Assembly: GCA_016182485.1 (NCBI GenBank)
Contig: JACPGH010000003.1
Span: forward strand, 6,331 to 70,330
Source: Candidatus Kaiserbacteria bacterium
Lineage (GTDB): Bacteria > Patescibacteriota > Minisyncoccia > Phycocordibacterales > Phycocordibacteraceae
DNA: 64,000 nt
Direction of reading: 5' to 3'
This document shows positions 1 to 11,980 of this stretch, piece by piece; positions within the stretch are counted from its first letter, which is position 1, and each line of letters starts with the position of its first letter. The position numbers were made by a program, and so were the translations under genes. Under the pieces are notes generated by a model that worked only from the letters and a program-made list of their open reading frames with translations, was not told the origin of the DNA and made no database searches.

Positions 1-1
1 G

Positions 2-295
2 CATCGGAGCGCCCTGCCGCCGTTCAAGGAGTTCTATCACGCCATCCCGACAAAAACCTGTCAGAGCGGAACCCGGGGGCGACTGGGGGTCTTCGAGATC
101 TTGCGCATGGAGAAGAAACTCGAAGAGGTCATCCTGAAAGAGCCGGTGGAAGAAAAAGTGTTCGCCACCGCCCGCGCAGGCGGTATGCTCACGATGCGGG
201 AAGATGCGATATTGAAGGGGCTCGCCGGGCAGATACCTTTTGAAGAGATCAATACTCTCGGGGGCGAGCTTTTCCCCGGAACGGACGAATCTTGA
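2..295 (+). CDS. pilB: C-terminus of PilB/GspE-type pilus assembly ATPase (5' part outside window)
   Basis: Frame reads GTRGRLGVFEIL...ARAGGMLTMREDAILKGLAGQIPFEEI, a typical GspE/PilB C-terminus; lies upstream of pilT/pilC. Confidence 0.85.
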   Translation, partial: HRSALPPFKEFYHAIPTKTCQSGTRGRLGVFEILRMEKKLEEVILKEPVEEKVFATARAGGMLTMREDAILKGLAGQIPFEEINTLGGELFPGTDES

Positions 296-323
296 CAGGG
301 ACTTATAGTATACTGAAAACGCA

Positions 324-722
324 ATGGCATATCGGATCTATCTGGTAGATGATGACCGGTTCCTAGTAGATTTGTACGCGGTGAAGTTCAAGAACGCCGG
401 GCATGATGTCTCCGCCTTCACCGGCGGAGAAGCTTTGCTCGCGGAATTGCGCAAGGGCTCAGTCCCAGACGCCATCCTGCTCGATCTAATCATGCCGGGC
501 ATAAACGGTTTTGAAGCGCTCGAAACCATACGGAAGGAAAAGCTTGCGCAGGGCGCGAAGATAATAGTCTTATCTAATCAAGGGCAGGATTCTGATATCG
601 AACGGGCGAAGCGTCTCGCGGTGGACGGCTATATTATCAAAGCATCCGCCATCCCGTCGGAGGTATTTGCCGAAACGCTTCGTACGATCGGCCAGGGCAC
701 CTCGGGCGGTCCGCAACTGTAA
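324..722 (+). CDS. Single-domain response regulator (receiver domain)
   Basis: LVDDD, ILLDLIMP (phospho-acceptor Asp), VLSN and YIIK motifs. Confidence 0.93.
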   Translation: MAYRIYLVDDDRFLVDLYAVKFKNAGHDVSAFTGGEALLAELRKGSVPDAILLDLIMPGINGFEALETIRKEKLAQGAKIIVLSNQGQDSDIERAKRLAVDGYIIKASAIPSEVFAETLRTIGQGTSGGPQL

Positions 723-728
723 GGCACT

Positions 729-1790
729 ATGACCCCCGATAAACGTCTCGGAGAGCTGCTCGACCTCGTCATCAGGGAAGGAGGCTCGGACCTGCATATA
801 TATGCGGGCGGCCCGCCGACCATACGGGTCGCCGGCGTACTCATCCCGATCACGAAATACGAGCCGCTGGCGGCAGAAGACACCGAGGCGATGTTCAAGA
901 GCATCGTGCCCGAAGAGCGGTGGCAGACGTTCCTTAAGAACCAGAGCCTTGATCTCTCGTATTCGCACCGGGCGGACGCGCGCTTCCGCATCAACGGTTA
1001 CCGCGCGCAGGGTACGGTCGCTTTCGCCCTCCGGCTCATTCCGCACGCGATCCGGACGTTCGCGGAATTGAACCTTCCGTCGCTCCTCGAGGTGTTCACC
1101 CAGCGGAAGCAGGGGTTCTTTCTTGTGGTCGGGCCGGTAGGGCAGGGAAAGTCCACGACGCTTGCCGCCATGACAGACCGCATTAACGATTCGCGAGCTG
1201 CGCACATCCTTACCATCGAAGATCCGGTAGAATATATTTTCACTCCCAAGCGCTCCCTCATACATCAGCGCGAAGTCCATATCGATGTGCCTGATTTCGC
1301 GTCGGCTCTCCAAGCCGCGTTCCGCGAAGATGTCGACGTAATCATGGTTGGGGAGATGCGCGATTACGAGACCATCTCGATGGCCGTAACTGCAGCCGAG
1401 ACCGGACATCTCGTATTCTCCACGCTGCACACCAACAATGCCTCGCAAACCATAGATCGCATCATAGATATGTTCCCCGCCCAGCAGCAGGACCAAGTGC
1501 GCGTACAGCTCGCAGGTTCTCTCGCCGGCATCTTCTCGCAACGCCTCCTGCCGCGGGTCTCTGGAGGTCTTATTCCCGCCTTCGAGCTTCTCATCAATAA
1601 TAATGCGGTAAGCACGCTTATCCGCGAGAAGCAGACACACGAGCTAAATTCAGTAATACAGACCTCTTCTCAGGAAGGAATGGTAGATATGGATCGCATG
1701 CTCTCCGAACTCGTCCACAAGGGAGAGGTGACCGTCGAGCACGCATACGAGCATGCGATGGATCCGAAGACGTTCGAAAGATACCTGTGA
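729..1790 (+). CDS. pilT: Type IV pilus retraction ATPase PilT
   Basis: GSDLHI, Walker A GPVGQGKSTT, TIEDPVE, QREV, AFREDVDVIMVGEMRD, TGHLVFSTLHTN. Confidence 0.95.
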   Translation: MTPDKRLGELLDLVIREGGSDLHIYAGGPPTIRVAGVLIPITKYEPLAAEDTEAMFKSIVPEERWQTFLKNQSLDLSYSHRADARFRINGYRAQGTVAFALRLIPHAIRTFAELNLPSLLEVFTQRKQGFFLVVGPVGQGKSTTLAAMTDRINDSRAAHILTIEDPVEYIFTPKRSLIHQREVHIDVPDFASALQAAFREDVDVIMVGEMRDYETISMAVTAAETGHLVFSTLHTNNASQTIDRIIDMFPAQQQDQVRVQLAGSLAGIFSQRLLPRVSGGLIPAFELLINNNAVSTLIREKQTHELNSVIQTSSQEGMVDMDRMLSELVHKGEVTVEHAYEHAMDPKTFERYL

Positions 1791-1865
1791 ACTAGGCACT
1801 AGGCACTAGGCACTAGGATGCTAGCATGGAGAGGAATTTGCTAACGCCTAGAGCCTAGCGCCTAA
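1791..1865. repeat. Intergenic heptamer repeats (ACTAGGC)x3.9 with an inverted (NGCCTAG) arm, forming a hairpin
   Basis: actaggc actaggc actaggc actagg at 1791-1817; cgcctag agcctag cgcctaa at 1845-1865. Confidence 0.85.
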
Positions 1866-1866
1866 C

Positions 1867-3072
1867 ATGCTATTTAACTACCACGCGATAGATCAGGACG
1901 GGCACGAGCGGGACGGGACTATCGAGGCGCCGGGACAAGATATCGCCGTCGCCGCGTTGCAGCGGCGGAGCCTGATAATCTCAGCCATTACGCCAGCCGA
2001 ACAGAAGTCGGGACTCTCGATGGAATTGCCGTTCATGAATCGGGTTTCGAACAAGGATATCGTCATCCTTTCGCGGCAGATCGCTACGTTGTTCGAAGCG
2101 CAAGTATCCGCGCTGCGCATCTTCCGCCTGCTTGCCGCCGAAGTCGATAATAAGTATCTCGCGAAGGTACTCTCTGGTGTGAGCGACGATCTGCAGGGCG
2201 GCAGCCCTATAAGCAAAGCCTTATCGCAGTATCCGAAGGCGTTCTCCTCTTTTTACGTCAATATGGTGCATGCCGGAGAAGAGTCCGGGAAACTATCCGA
2301 GACCTTCGTCTATCTTGCCGATTATCTCGACCGTTCTTATGAGATCACGAGCAAGGTCAGCAATGCCCTCATTTATCCCATTTTCATTGTGTCGACGTTC
2401 TTCGGAGTCATGATCCTTATGCTGACTCTCGTCATTCCGAAGATCAGCGCTATCCTCCTCGAATCCGGCCAAGAAATACCGTTTTATACGAAGATCGTAA
2501 TAGGCCTTTCCGACTTCTTCGTTCAATATGGGATATTCGTCTTTTTCGCACTGATAGCCGGGGGCGTTTACGTGTGGCAGCTCGGCAAGACTCCCAAGGG
2601 AAAGCTCGCTATGGACGGCCTCAAGCTCTCGGTCCCTTACCTGGGCAGCCTGTATTCCAAGTTTTATCTCGCCCGAATCGCGGACAATTTCTCCACGATG
2701 CTCCTCTCTGGCATTCCTGTGATCGAAGCCATCGAGATTACGGGTTCAGTCGTAGATAACTCCGTATACCAGGCAGTGCTAGAGGACGTGAAGAATGACG
2801 TGAAAGGGGGGGCCTCCATTTCGAACGCCCTAGGCGCGCACCCGGAGATCCCGAGCATCATGACCGCCATCATGCGGGTCGGGGAAGAAACCGGCGAACT
2901 GGGCAAAATACTCACTACCTTGGCCAAGTTCTATAACCGGGAAGTGAGCAATGCCGTAGACACACTCGTCGGGCTCATCGAGCCTCTGATGCTCGTCCTC
3001 CTCGGCGTCGGAGTAGGCACCCTCCTCGCGGCAGTATTGATGCCAATCTACAATCTCGCCAGCGCGTTCTAG
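1867..3072 (+). CDS. pilC: Type IV pilus inner-membrane platform protein PilC/GspF
   Basis: Two T2SSF-like repeats, AGEESGKL and VGEETGEL motifs, C-terminal LIEP...MPIYNL. Confidence 0.95.
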   Translation: MLFNYHAIDQDGHERDGTIEAPGQDIAVAALQRRSLIISAITPAEQKSGLSMELPFMNRVSNKDIVILSRQIATLFEAQVSALRIFRLLAAEVDNKYLAKVLSGVSDDLQGGSPISKALSQYPKAFSSFYVNMVHAGEESGKLSETFVYLADYLDRSYEITSKVSNALIYPIFIVSTFFGVMILMLTLVIPKISAILLESGQEIPFYTKIVIGLSDFFVQYGIFVFFALIAGGVYVWQLGKTPKGKLAMDGLKLSVPYLGSLYSKFYLARIADNFSTMLLSGIPVIEAIEITGSVVDNSVYQAVLEDVKNDVKGGASISNALGAHPEIPSIMTAIMRVGEETGELGKILTTLAKFYNREVSNAVDTLVGLIEPLMLVLLGVGVGTLLAAVLMPIYNLASAF

Positions 3073-3146
3073 TAGCTTATCCACAGCTGCTCAGCGCGGC
3101 GACATTCTATGGCGTACAATTTAGCCATTAGCCAATTATTATCATT

Positions 3147-3614
3147 ATGTACAAAAATCGTTCCCGAGGTCTTGTCCTGAGCTTGTCGAAGGGCTTCACC
3201 CTCATCGAATTACTCGTAGTCATCGCCATCATTGGCATTCTCTCGGCCGTTGTGCTCGCTTCCTTGAACACGGCGCGCTCGAGGGGCAATGATGCGGCGA
3301 TTCAGTCGGACTTATCAGCCGTTCGAGCCCAGGCTGAAATCTTCTACGGCACTGGCAACACGTATGGCACAGCTGGCGCGAGTTGCACCACCGCCGGCAG
3401 TCTATTCGCCGACGCGACAATAGCAAGAGCCATCACTGGCGCAGAGTCGGCCAACGGATCGGCGAGCGTAGTTTGTAACAATTCGACAACCGCGTATGCG
3501 ATCTCCTCGCCGCTCGCGTCGGATGTTTCCAAATTCTGGTGCATCGATTCGACCGGTTTCGCTGGGCAGCGCGCCACCGCCCTCGGCACCGCGACTGTGT
3601 GCCCTGCGAGCTAA
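3147..3614 (+). CDS. Type IV pilin
   Basis: G|FTLIELLVVIAIIGILSAVVLASL N-methylation motif; four C-terminal Cys. Confidence 0.92.
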   Translation: MYKNRSRGLVLSLSKGFTLIELLVVIAIIGILSAVVLASLNTARSRGNDAAIQSDLSAVRAQAEIFYGTGNTYGTAGASCTTAGSLFADATIARAITGAESANGSASVVCNNSTTAYAISSPLASDVSKFWCIDSTGFAGQRATALGTATVCPAS

Positions 3615-3637
3615 TAATTCTGCCTACCTCAATCTCT

Positions 3638-4084
3638 ATGAAAAAAGGCTTCACCCTCATCGAATTACTCGTAGTCATCGCCATCATTGGCATTCTCTCG
3701 GCCGTTGTGCTCGCTTCCTTGAACACGGCGCGCAACAAGGGGAGCGATGCGGCGATACAGGCCGACTTGAGTAGCGTGCGCTCGCAGGCGGCGATATACT
3801 TCAACGAGAACGGCAATTACGGAACGGTGACTGAAGCGACAACCGGCTGTACCGCTCCTAACACGTTCTTCGTGTTGGATACGACCGTGGCTACCCAAGT
3901 TGCCGCAGCAGAAAACGCCAATGGCACGACGCTCGGCGTTGTATGCAATACTGCCGCGAACGGAGAAGCCTATGCTGTTTCGGCCGCGCTCGTGGCTAAC
4001 TCCGGATCTTACTTCTGTATCGACAGTGCGGGCGTAGCGACGACTACTGCTACGGGGCTCGGTGCGAATACGACCTGCTCATAG
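3638..4084 (+). CDS. Type IV pilin (paralog of upstream pilin)
   Basis: MKKG|FTLIELLVVIAIIGILS; ATG at 3638 inside the listed ORF 3539-4084. Confidence 0.92.
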   Translation: MKKGFTLIELLVVIAIIGILSAVVLASLNTARNKGSDAAIQADLSSVRSQAAIYFNENGNYGTVTEATTGCTAPNTFFVLDTTVATQVAAAENANGTTLGVVCNTAANGEAYAVSAALVANSGSYFCIDSAGVATTTATGLGANTTCS

Positions 4085-4093
4085 CTAGCTTAT

Positions 4094-4151
4094 CAGGCTT
4101 TAGGCGCTAGGCTCTAGCATCCAACTGCTAGAGCCTAAAGCCTAGTGCCTG
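4094..4151. repeat. Intergenic inverted repeat of the TAGGC heptamer family; possible terminator after the pilins
   Basis: taggcgctaggctctagca-tccaac-tgctagagcctaaagcctag. Confidence 0.7.
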
Positions 4152-4171
4152 GAGCCTTGTATTATTGGCTC

Positions 4172-4927
4172 ATGACTCTTTTTTTCTTCGCGCTCGGGGC
4201 GGTCGTCGCGAGTTTTCTCGGCGTAGTCGTCGCGCGGCTCAATACCGGCCAGGGCTTCCTTTCCGGCCGTTCATGCTGCGACGCGTGCGGCGCTACCTTG
4301 CGCGCTTCTCACCTCGTACCCGTGGCGTCATATATCTGGCATGGCGGCAGGGCGGGTTGCTGTCGAACGCGGCTCTCGCTCCTCTCGCCGCTCTCGGAAA
4401 TTACGCTTGGGGGTCTTTACGCAGGAATGTATATCGTTCTCGGATTCCAGATGGCTTTGGCTTTTTTTCTTTTGTCTCTCGGATTGCTCGCGGCGCTCGT
4501 GCTCTACGACCTCGCGCACCAGATCCTGCCGTGGCCGCTTCTGCTCCCTTTCATCGCGGCGAGCGCCGCCGCTCGCTTGGCGCTCTCTCCTCACGGAGAA
4601 TGGGCTTACGCTTTCCTCTCTGCTTTTGCCGCCGCCGCAGTTCTGGCACTCATTCATGTGATTTCTCGGGGCAGAGCGATGGGCCTAGCCGATGCGCCGC
4701 TTGCGTTCGCTCTCGCACTTCTCGTCGGGCCCGGACTCGTGCTTGCCGGTTTCGTCTTTTCGTTCTGGATCGGCGCCGGTATCGGGATAATCCTGTTGTT
4801 CATGCGGCCTGCCGGCTCTAGAATGGGAGTTGAGGTGCCGTTCGCGCCATTTCTGGCAGCGGGCTTCCTCCTCGCCTTCTTTACACAATGGAATCCTTTC
4901 GCGTATCTCGCGGCTTCACTCTGGTAG
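4172..4927 (+). CDS. pilD: Prepilin peptidase (A24 family)
   Basis: RSCCDACG, LYDL, MGLADAPL, VPFAPFL motifs; hydrophobic helices. Confidence 0.9.
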   Translation: MTLFFFALGAVVASFLGVVVARLNTGQGFLSGRSCCDACGATLRASHLVPVASYIWHGGRAGCCRTRLSLLSPLSEITLGGLYAGMYIVLGFQMALAFFLLSLGLLAALVLYDLAHQILPWPLLLPFIAASAAARLALSPHGEWAYAFLSAFAAAAVLALIHVISRGRAMGLADAPLAFALALLVGPGLVLAGFVFSFWIGAGIGIILLFMRPAGSRMGVEVPFAPFLAAGFLLAFFTQWNPFAYLAASLW

Positions 4928-5613
4928 AGATGCTCGTCGTGCTCAGCATCATCGGGATCATTACTTCTGTCGCGGTTACCGGCCAGGCGGCATTCAATAG
5001 GTCATTCATACTATCAAATACCGCGTACGACATTGCGCTAACATTACGCTCGGCCGAAGCGTACGGACTGGGGAATCGCGCCATAGGCGATCGCAGCACC
5101 GGGTACGGGCTTAATTTCAATCGCTTGACACCTTCCGTCTTCACTCTTTTCGTCGATAGTTATCGGCCGGTCGGAAGCGAATCTTCCCAGCTCTGCCACC
5201 CGCTTCCGGCAAATGACCCGCGCGGCCCGGATGCTCGTCCGGGCAATTGCGCGTATGACGCAAGTCAAGGCGAAAGAAAAACGGCGTATACGCTCGGGAA
5301 TGGTATAACCATAAACAAATTCTGTGCAAATGACGGGAGTTGGAGATGTTCGACGGAGCTTCCATGTACTGAGATTTGGTTGGGAGGACGAAAAACTTGC
5401 GTAACGGTGCGCAACAGCCGTCTTTCATCGCTTGATATAATCTTTGCGCGGCCGGATACGCAGCCGTTCATGAGCGTTAACGGCTCGTATTCTAAGTCGT
5501 CTCCCGTGTCGCAAGCATGCCTTGAGATCGCATCTCCCCAAGGGAGTAGTCGGTATATTTACGTCTTCTCTTCCGGAGCCATTACGACAAACGCTCTCTC
5601 CTGTCCGCCATGA
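4888..5613 (+). CDS. Minor pilin (FimT/GspH-like)
   Basis: RG|FTLVEMLVVLSIIGII motif. Confidence 0.85.
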   Translation: MESFRVSRGFTLVEMLVVLSIIGIITSVAVTGQAAFNRSFILSNTAYDIALTLRSAEAYGLGNRAIGDRSTGYGLNFNRLTPSVFTLFVDSYRPVGSESSQLCHPLPANDPRGPDARPGNCAYDASQGERKTAYTLGNGITINKFCANDGSWRCSTELPCTEIWLGGRKTCVTVRNSRLSSLDIIFARPDTQPFMSVNGSYSKSSPVSQACLEIASPQGSSRYIYVFSSGAITTNALSCPP

Positions 5614-6137
5614 TTTCACCAAATACGCGTCCGCGCGGCTACACGCTCATCGAACTCATTATCGCCGTCGGAATATTCGCGCTCGTTATGACGCTCGCCG
5701 GTGGAGCATATCTGATAGTAATTGGTGTAAATAGGCAAGTCCATGCCATGACCACAGGTATCAACAATCTTAGTTACGCGCTGGATACCATGGCGCGTAA
5801 TATACGCACGGGAACTGGTTACCGTTGCGGGAGCGGGAACTGTACTGACGGCCCCAGCTTCTCATTCACAGACCAGTCCGGCCGGTCCGTAACTTATTCG
5901 CTCAGCAATAACGCGATACAACAGAATGTGGATAGCGTGTCGAGCACGGTAACCGACCCGGCCATCACCATTTCGGCACTCAGATTTTATGCGTCAGGCA
6001 CCGGACGTACTGCTAACAGCGATTACACCCAGCCGTACGTTACTATTGTCATATCCGGCGAAATATCTACGGGACGCGGAGACCCGCTAGGTTTTTCGTT
6101 GGAAACTTCTGCCGCCATGCGCGGGACGGACATATGA
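5610..6137 (+). CDS. Minor pilin (PilW/GspJ-like)
   Basis: RG|YTLIELIIAVGIF; ATGA overlap with previous gene. Confidence 0.85.
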   Translation: MISPNTRPRGYTLIELIIAVGIFALVMTLAGGAYLIVIGVNRQVHAMTTGINNLSYALDTMARNIRTGTGYRCGSGNCTDGPSFSFTDQSGRSVTYSLSNNAIQQNVDSVSSTVTDPAITISALRFYASGTGRTANSDYTQPYVTIVISGEISTGRGDPLGFSLETSAAMRGTDI

Positions 6138-6760
6138 AAAGCAGAAGACGGAAAGCAGTAAGCAATAAGCAGAAAAAACCGATCAGGCGGCGTTCGACTG
6201 CCTACTCATCCGGATTTACCCTCATTGAAACGATGGTTGCCGTGTCCATCCTGGCTCTTGCCATCGCCGGCCCCATGTATGTGGCCGGCCGTTCCATCGT
6301 ATACGCGCAGATCGCGCGGGATGAGCTTATCGCCGTCTCGCTCGCGCAGGAGGGGATCGAATTCGTACGCCGAATGCGTGATAACTCGTATCTTTTCGCG
6401 TACAGGCAGGGCGGCTCTACCGTTTCAGCTACTGCCTGGAATAACTTTACTTCCGGAGGCTCCCTTTACGGAACCAACCCCTCTATTTATGGATGCGCCC
6501 CTCCGGCTAAGTGCACGCTGGACCCCTTGGATACCGGATTACGGCAGTATTCTGAATCGGCCAACGTGCCGATGCTCTATCTGGATAGTAGCGGCAAATA
6601 TAACCAGCGTTTTATTGGCACCGCGACGCCTTTCAAACGGACGATACAGGCGACGGCCATCTCTCCTACCGATGAGCTCATCGTCTCTACTGTTTCGTGG
6701 ACTTTCCGCGGCACATCGTACACGGTAAGCGCGCGCGATCATTTGACGCCATGGCAATGA
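6134..6760 (+). CDS. Minor pilin (PilV/GspI-like)
   Basis: SG|FTLIETMVAVSILALAI; LAQEGIEFVRRMRD motif. Confidence 0.85.
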   Translation: MKSRRRKAVSNKQKKPIRRRSTAYSSGFTLIETMVAVSILALAIAGPMYVAGRSIVYAQIARDELIAVSLAQEGIEFVRRMRDNSYLFAYRQGGSTVSATAWNNFTSGGSLYGTNPSIYGCAPPAKCTLDPLDTGLRQYSESANVPMLYLDSSGKYNQRFIGTATPFKRTIQATAISPTDELIVSTVSWTFRGTSYTVSARDHLTPWQ

Positions 6761-7974
6761 GAAATTTCCAATTTCCAATTTCCGCTTTTCAAAGCCAGCG
6801 CGGCTTTGCTCTTCTCGTCTCCCTCGTCTTCATGTCGGTGATGCTTGCTTTCGGGCTTGCTTTGAGCACGCTCTCTTACAAGCAGCAGCAACTCGCGTCC
6901 TCCGCGGTACAGTCCCAGCACGCTTTTTACGCCGCGGACGCGGCGCTCGAGTGCGCCCTGTATGCCGACCAGCAGCAGAATCTCTTCGCCTATACGTCTG
7001 ATACTTCGGCGCCCGCTCCGGCTTTGGCCTGTGACAGCGCCCAGCTTATTTACGCCGAAAAATTAAGCCATAGCGAAGACCGGTGGGTGATCAAAGAAAG
7101 GCTCTCATTCGATTCGGATGCCCGATGCGCGGACGTCACTGCCTATAAGCCGGCGGGGAGCGGTACCACCTATCTCTTCGCGCAGGGATACAGCGCGTCC
7201 TGCGCGATCGTCGAGAATCCAGGGAACGCCCGTTTCACCGTCCGCGGCGTCAAGACGATCTACAGCTCCTTCGCCCCCAGGCCCTGTACGACTGAAACAT
7301 TCCCGTATACGGGGCAGGCGCAAACTTGGATGGTGCCGGAAGGCGTTACCTCCGTATCGATCGCCGCGCGCGGGGCGGTCGGTGGTTACGGGGAAGGCGG
7401 TAAGGGAGCGGAAGTTACTGGCATACTTTCGGTAACGCCTGGAGAAAGATTGGTAATTTATGTGGGAGGAAAGGCCGGATTTAACGGAGGAGGATATAGC
7501 GGCTTTTATAGCGGCGGCGGGGCCTCGGACGTGCGTCAGGGGGGAACGACGATCACCCCGATCGATTACCGAGTAATCGTGGCCGGGGGCGGGGGCGGAC
7601 CGGGCATGCGCGGTGAGGCCGGAGGCGCCAGCGAGCGCAATGGTCAAGCTGGAGACGATGCTCTCGACTGCGGGAACGGCGGCGGCGGCGGTACTCAAGA
7701 GGCCGGAGGGAGCGGAGGTCAAGCCGGTACCTGCGCAAATTTCGGACAACTTGGGAACGTGGGTTCTTTGGGACAAGGCGGGGACGGCGGTTTCTTCAGC
7801 GGCGGCGGCGGCGGCGGCTACTACGGCGGCGGCGGCGGTACGGCTATATCTAAAGGAGGTATTAAACATGCCGGCGGCGGCGGCGGCTCAAGCCTGGTGC
7901 CTCCCGGCGGCACAGTTATCACAAGCGCGGCGGGCGGCGATGGCGTAGTTACTATTTCAACGTGCGGCCAATAA
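6757..7974 (+). CDS. PilX-like minor pilin fused to a C-terminal glycine-rich domain
   Basis: RG|FALLVSLVF (no Glu5), AFYAADAALECAL; then FPYTGQAQTW...GGGASDVR...VIVAGGGGG...GGGGGYYGGGGG. Confidence 0.8.
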   Translation: MRNFQFPISAFQSQRGFALLVSLVFMSVMLAFGLALSTLSYKQQQLASSAVQSQHAFYAADAALECALYADQQQNLFAYTSDTSAPAPALACDSAQLIYAEKLSHSEDRWVIKERLSFDSDARCADVTAYKPAGSGTTYLFAQGYSASCAIVENPGNARFTVRGVKTIYSSFAPRPCTTETFPYTGQAQTWMVPEGVTSVSIAARGAVGGYGEGGKGAEVTGILSVTPGERLVIYVGGKAGFNGGGYSGFYSGGGASDVRQGGTTITPIDYRVIVAGGGGGPGMRGEAGGASERNGQAGDDALDCGNGGGGGTQEAGGSGGQAGTCANFGQLGNVGSLGQGGDGGFFSGGGGGGYYGGGGGTAISKGGIKHAGGGGGSSLVPPGGTVITSAAGGDGVVTISTCGQ

Positions 7975-8006
7975 TTGTGCTCGCGCCGCCTGTATTTTTG
8001 GCCTAG

Positions 8007-10055
<2,049 letters not shown>

Positions 10056-10142
10056 ACCGGCATTTTCCTTGTGCATTGCGTACTGTTTAAGTCAGACTTA
10101 AACAGTGAGACGAGAGTCGGCGCGTTGTGATAAAGTGCATTA

Positions 10143-10436
10143 ATGGCGACGAAAGAGGAGGTGAAGAAGCTGGCGGCGCTCGCGCGCATTTCTATAGCGG
10201 ACGAGGAGCTTGAGAAATTCACACAAGAGTTTGATGCCGTTATCGCGTATGTGGGGCAATTGGAATCTCTCAACCAGCCTCCAGCCTCCAGCCTCCAGCC
10301 TCAAGCCCTGCGCAACGTCCTGCGCGAGGACGGAGAGCCGACGGCTCCGGGTACGAATACGGAGAAACTCGTCGCGCAGTTTCCCGAGAGGGAAGGGAAC
10401 GCGCTCGTTGTAAAGCAAATAATCAGCCATGACTAA
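10143..10436 (+). CDS. gatC: Asp/Glu-tRNA amidotransferase subunit C
   Basis: EEVKKLAALARI...NVLRED...VKQII; directly upstream of gatA. Confidence 0.9.
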   Translation: MATKEEVKKLAALARISIADEELEKFTQEFDAVIAYVGQLESLNQPPASSLQPQALRNVLREDGEPTAPGTNTEKLVAQFPEREGNALVVKQIISHD

Positions 10437-10490
10437 GGCGAAGCGGAGCGCGACCGATTTTTGTGCTGCGGGCGGAGCCAACCCTCGTAT

Positions 10491-11951
10491 ATGAAAGCGC
10501 CGAATGAAATGACTATCGTTGAGGCGGCGTCCGGTTTGCGCGCGCGCGAATTCTCCGTGCGCGAGCTGTGGGATGCTTGTGCCGAAGCCGCCAAGACTAA
10601 GAATTCTGAACTCAATGCATTTCTTGAAATATTCGAAGCTGACGAGGCGGCGCTCAAGGCTGCGCAGAAGAAAATAGATGCAGGCGGTTCACCCAGCGGC
10701 AAATCAGATTTGCTGCTGGGCATTCCTATCGCGACAAAAGACAACATTTTGATAGAAGGGAAGACGGCGAGCGCGGGCTCGAAGATGCTGACAAATTATC
10801 GCGCCACCTACGACGCGGCCGTCATCGAGAAGCTCAAAGCCGCGGGAGCGCTCTTTCTCGGCCGTACGAACATGGATGAGTTCGCGATGGGTTCCTCGAC
10901 GGAACACTCGGCGTTCGGTCCAACGAAGAATCCGCATGACACTTCACGGGTACCGGGCGGTTCTTCCGGCGGCTCGGCGGCGGCCGTAGCGGCGCATATG
11001 ACCATCGCGGCGCTGGGCTCGGACACCGGCGGTTCTATCCGCCAGCCTGCCGCTCTAACGGGCCTTGTCGGATTGAAACCCACGTATGGCGCCGTCTCGC
11101 GCTCGGGGCTCATCGCCATGGGGTCTTCGCTCGACCAGATCGGCCCGCTCGCCAAATCGGTCGCCGACGCGCGTGCGCTCTATGAGGCGATCCGTGGGCG
11201 GGACCTTAATGACTCGCAAACCCTTCCGGAGGATCTCAATGCGCAAAAATCGACTAGCGGGAAGATGTCTGTAGGCGTGCCGTGGGGTCTGCTCGAGAAG
11301 GGCGTTGACGCATCAGTGCTCGAGCTATTTCGCCGTACGATAAGCGCTCTAGAATCGGCTGGGCATACGGTACGCGACATCTCGTTGCCGACGAGCGCCT
11401 ATGCGCTCGCGGCTTATTACGTCATCATGCCGGCCGAAGTATCGACCAATCTCGCGCGGCTCGACGGCATGCGCTATGGCCTCGCAAAGCGCGGAAAGAC
11501 CCTGCTCGACGATTATCTAATTTCTCGCACCGAAGGTTTCGGCCAAGAGGCCCGCCGCCGAATCCTGCTCGGCACGTTCGTGCTCTCAGCCGGTTATATC
11601 GACGCCTACTATCGCAAGGCGGATGCGGCGCGCGCGGTACTGCGGCGCGAATACGAAGAAGCTTTCCAGCAAGTCGACGTTATCGCTTTCCCGACGACCG
11701 CCGCCCCGGCTTTCCACTTCGGCGAGAAGAGTGACCCGCTCTCGATGTACCTCGAAGATATCTTTACGGTAACGGCCAATCTCACGGGCATGCCGGCCAT
11801 CTCTGTTCCGATGGGAACGGTTAGTCGTCCCTCGATTACGCTCGGGACAACTGGCAGTGTAAGTCTACCTGTTGGGATCCATTTCACCGCGCCGCCGCTT
11901 GCGGAAGCGCGGCTTTTTAAGGCGGGCGAACTCGTAGAACAAGTCCGCTAG
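10491..11951 (+). CDS. gatA: Asp/Glu-tRNA amidotransferase subunit A
   Basis: KDNI, NMDEFAMGSSTE, PGGSSGGSAAAVAA, LGSDTGGSIRQPA amidase signature. Confidence 0.96.
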   Translation: MKAPNEMTIVEAASGLRAREFSVRELWDACAEAAKTKNSELNAFLEIFEADEAALKAAQKKIDAGGSPSGKSDLLLGIPIATKDNILIEGKTASAGSKMLTNYRATYDAAVIEKLKAAGALFLGRTNMDEFAMGSSTEHSAFGPTKNPHDTSRVPGGSSGGSAAAVAAHMTIAALGSDTGGSIRQPAALTGLVGLKPTYGAVSRSGLIAMGSSLDQIGPLAKSVADARALYEAIRGRDLNDSQTLPEDLNAQKSTSGKMSVGVPWGLLEKGVDASVLELFRRTISALESAGHTVRDISLPTSAYALAAYYVIMPAEVSTNLARLDGMRYGLAKRGKTLLDDYLISRTEGFGQEARRRILLGTFVLSAGYIDAYYRKADAARAVLRREYEEAFQQVDVIAFPTTAAPAFHFGEKSDPLSMYLEDIFTVTANLTGMPAISVPMGTVSRPSITLGTTGSVSLPVGIHFTAPPLAEARLFKAGELVEQVR

Positions 11952-11980
11952 TCGCGCTCCCCGTCCCGTATACTAGGCGC

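Noticed and set aside
292-314. TTGACA...TATACT promoter for the response regulator
   Set aside because: Spacer is only 11 nt.
570-1640. Long antisense ORFs (also 7105-7869, 14231-14974, 49704-50417)
   Set aside because: Shadows of GC-rich, well-identified genes on the opposite strand.
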